A DNA stretch of 47,256 bases from NCBI GenBank assembly GCA_018398765.1, contig JAHBMJ010000460.1, positions 1 to 47,256 of the forward strand, in the 5' to 3' direction. Of this stretch, positions 46,512-47,256 are shown piece by piece. The notes under the pieces are model-generated. The model worked only from the letters and a program-made list of their open reading frames with translations. It was not told where the DNA came from and searched no databases. Positions within the stretch are counted from its first letter, which is position 1. Every line of letters begins with the position of its first letter. The translations under genes and the position numbers were made by a program. This stretch comes from Chromera velia. Its lineage: Eukaryota.

Positions 46512-46665
46512 CCAATCGGAGAGAAATCAGAGAGACCAAAGAGAAACCCAATCGGAGAGAAATCAGAGAGACCAAAGAGAAACCCAATCGAACATCGGAG
46601 TGAAATCAGACAGACCAAAAAGAAATCTAATCAGAGAAATGATCTCAGAAATCAGACAGACTAAA
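46512..46665. repeat. 36-bp tandem repeat CCAATCGGAGAGAAATCAGAGAGACCAAAGAGAAAC, 2 exact plus 2 degenerate copies
   Basis: Exact copies at 46512-46547 and 46548-46583; degenerate copies follow. Confidence 0.9.
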
Positions 46666-47256
46666 CCGGACTCAGCACATTGCGAGAAAGACTGGAAGAT
46701 TGACGGTGAGAGGCGCTGCCGGGAAGAAAAAGAATCTACCCTTATAAAGAAACCAAAATGGATATGCTATAGCAATCGATCGATACCTCGCTGACAAGCG
46801 AAATCCAAAAATACGAAAGACTGCAAACATTCATGGTACATCCGATGATCGAACATATGCCCATTCACCCAGCCAGCCGACCTTCTGGTTTTGTCTCCTG
46901 AGCCTCCAACCCCGACGGTCCCCCCCCGACTCTGAATGGCGACCCTCTCGACTTGCTACTATAGCGGCGGCAGGCCTATGCGGTGGGAGTCTTGTCCATC
47001 CTCTCATTCCGAGCAGATTCCATGGTCGGAGGGCCTTTTTCACACTCGCAAGGAGCATGCCGTGGCTCATCTGGGCAAACGGATCGCGAACCTCTGCATG
47101 CAGAAACAGAGACGGACAGAGACGAGAGGAACGGAAGAGGGGTTGTCAATTCCAAATCCGGTGTTGAAACCTCAAGGGACAGAGACACACATCCACAAAT
47201 GCACCCACACACCCACGCCCACACCCACTCACACCCACACGCACCCCTCCCCCCCC

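Larger units (their letters stand above)
45590..47095 (-). pseudogene. 3' part of a degenerate multi-exon gene entering from beyond the window end
   Basis: Exon-like blocks after TGCAG acceptors (~47093: VRDPFAQMSHGMLL...; ~46045: LTQVPSSQGDGARQVSSSQGDG...). The second frame continues through TGA 45914 and further stops toward the TE island. Confidence 0.33.

Overview
Eukaryotic, intron-rich nuclear DNA. The microsatellite-filled introns, GC-rich low-complexity exons, AP2-like domains and a signal-peptide-plus-Phe transit peptide fit a chromerid alveolate (Chromera velia-like); the taxon is an inference. Four spliced genes were reconstructed by hand with consistent intron phases: a rolling-stone-like membrane protein (12302-15728 +), a 1558-aa protein with two AP2-like domains (17234-23260 +), a probably plastid-targeted Lon N-terminal-domain protein (36226-39303 -) and RPL19 (39848-42140 +). 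There is also an atypical protein kinase (main exon 10634-11713 -). Between the genes lie AT-rich, TA/CTAG-rich islands holding non-autonomous TIR transposons (two with 8-bp TSDs, one nested), a ~113-bp minisatellite and several genes that keep frame and splice sites but carry many nonsense codons. The main signal: where two copies of a repeat can be compared (tandem units, TIRs, TSDs, subterminal motifs), the differences are mostly C>T/G>A, often CpA>TpA with adjacent CpG left intact. This resembles fungal repeat-induced point mutation (RIP) in a non-fungal genome. All alignments and counts were done by eye.
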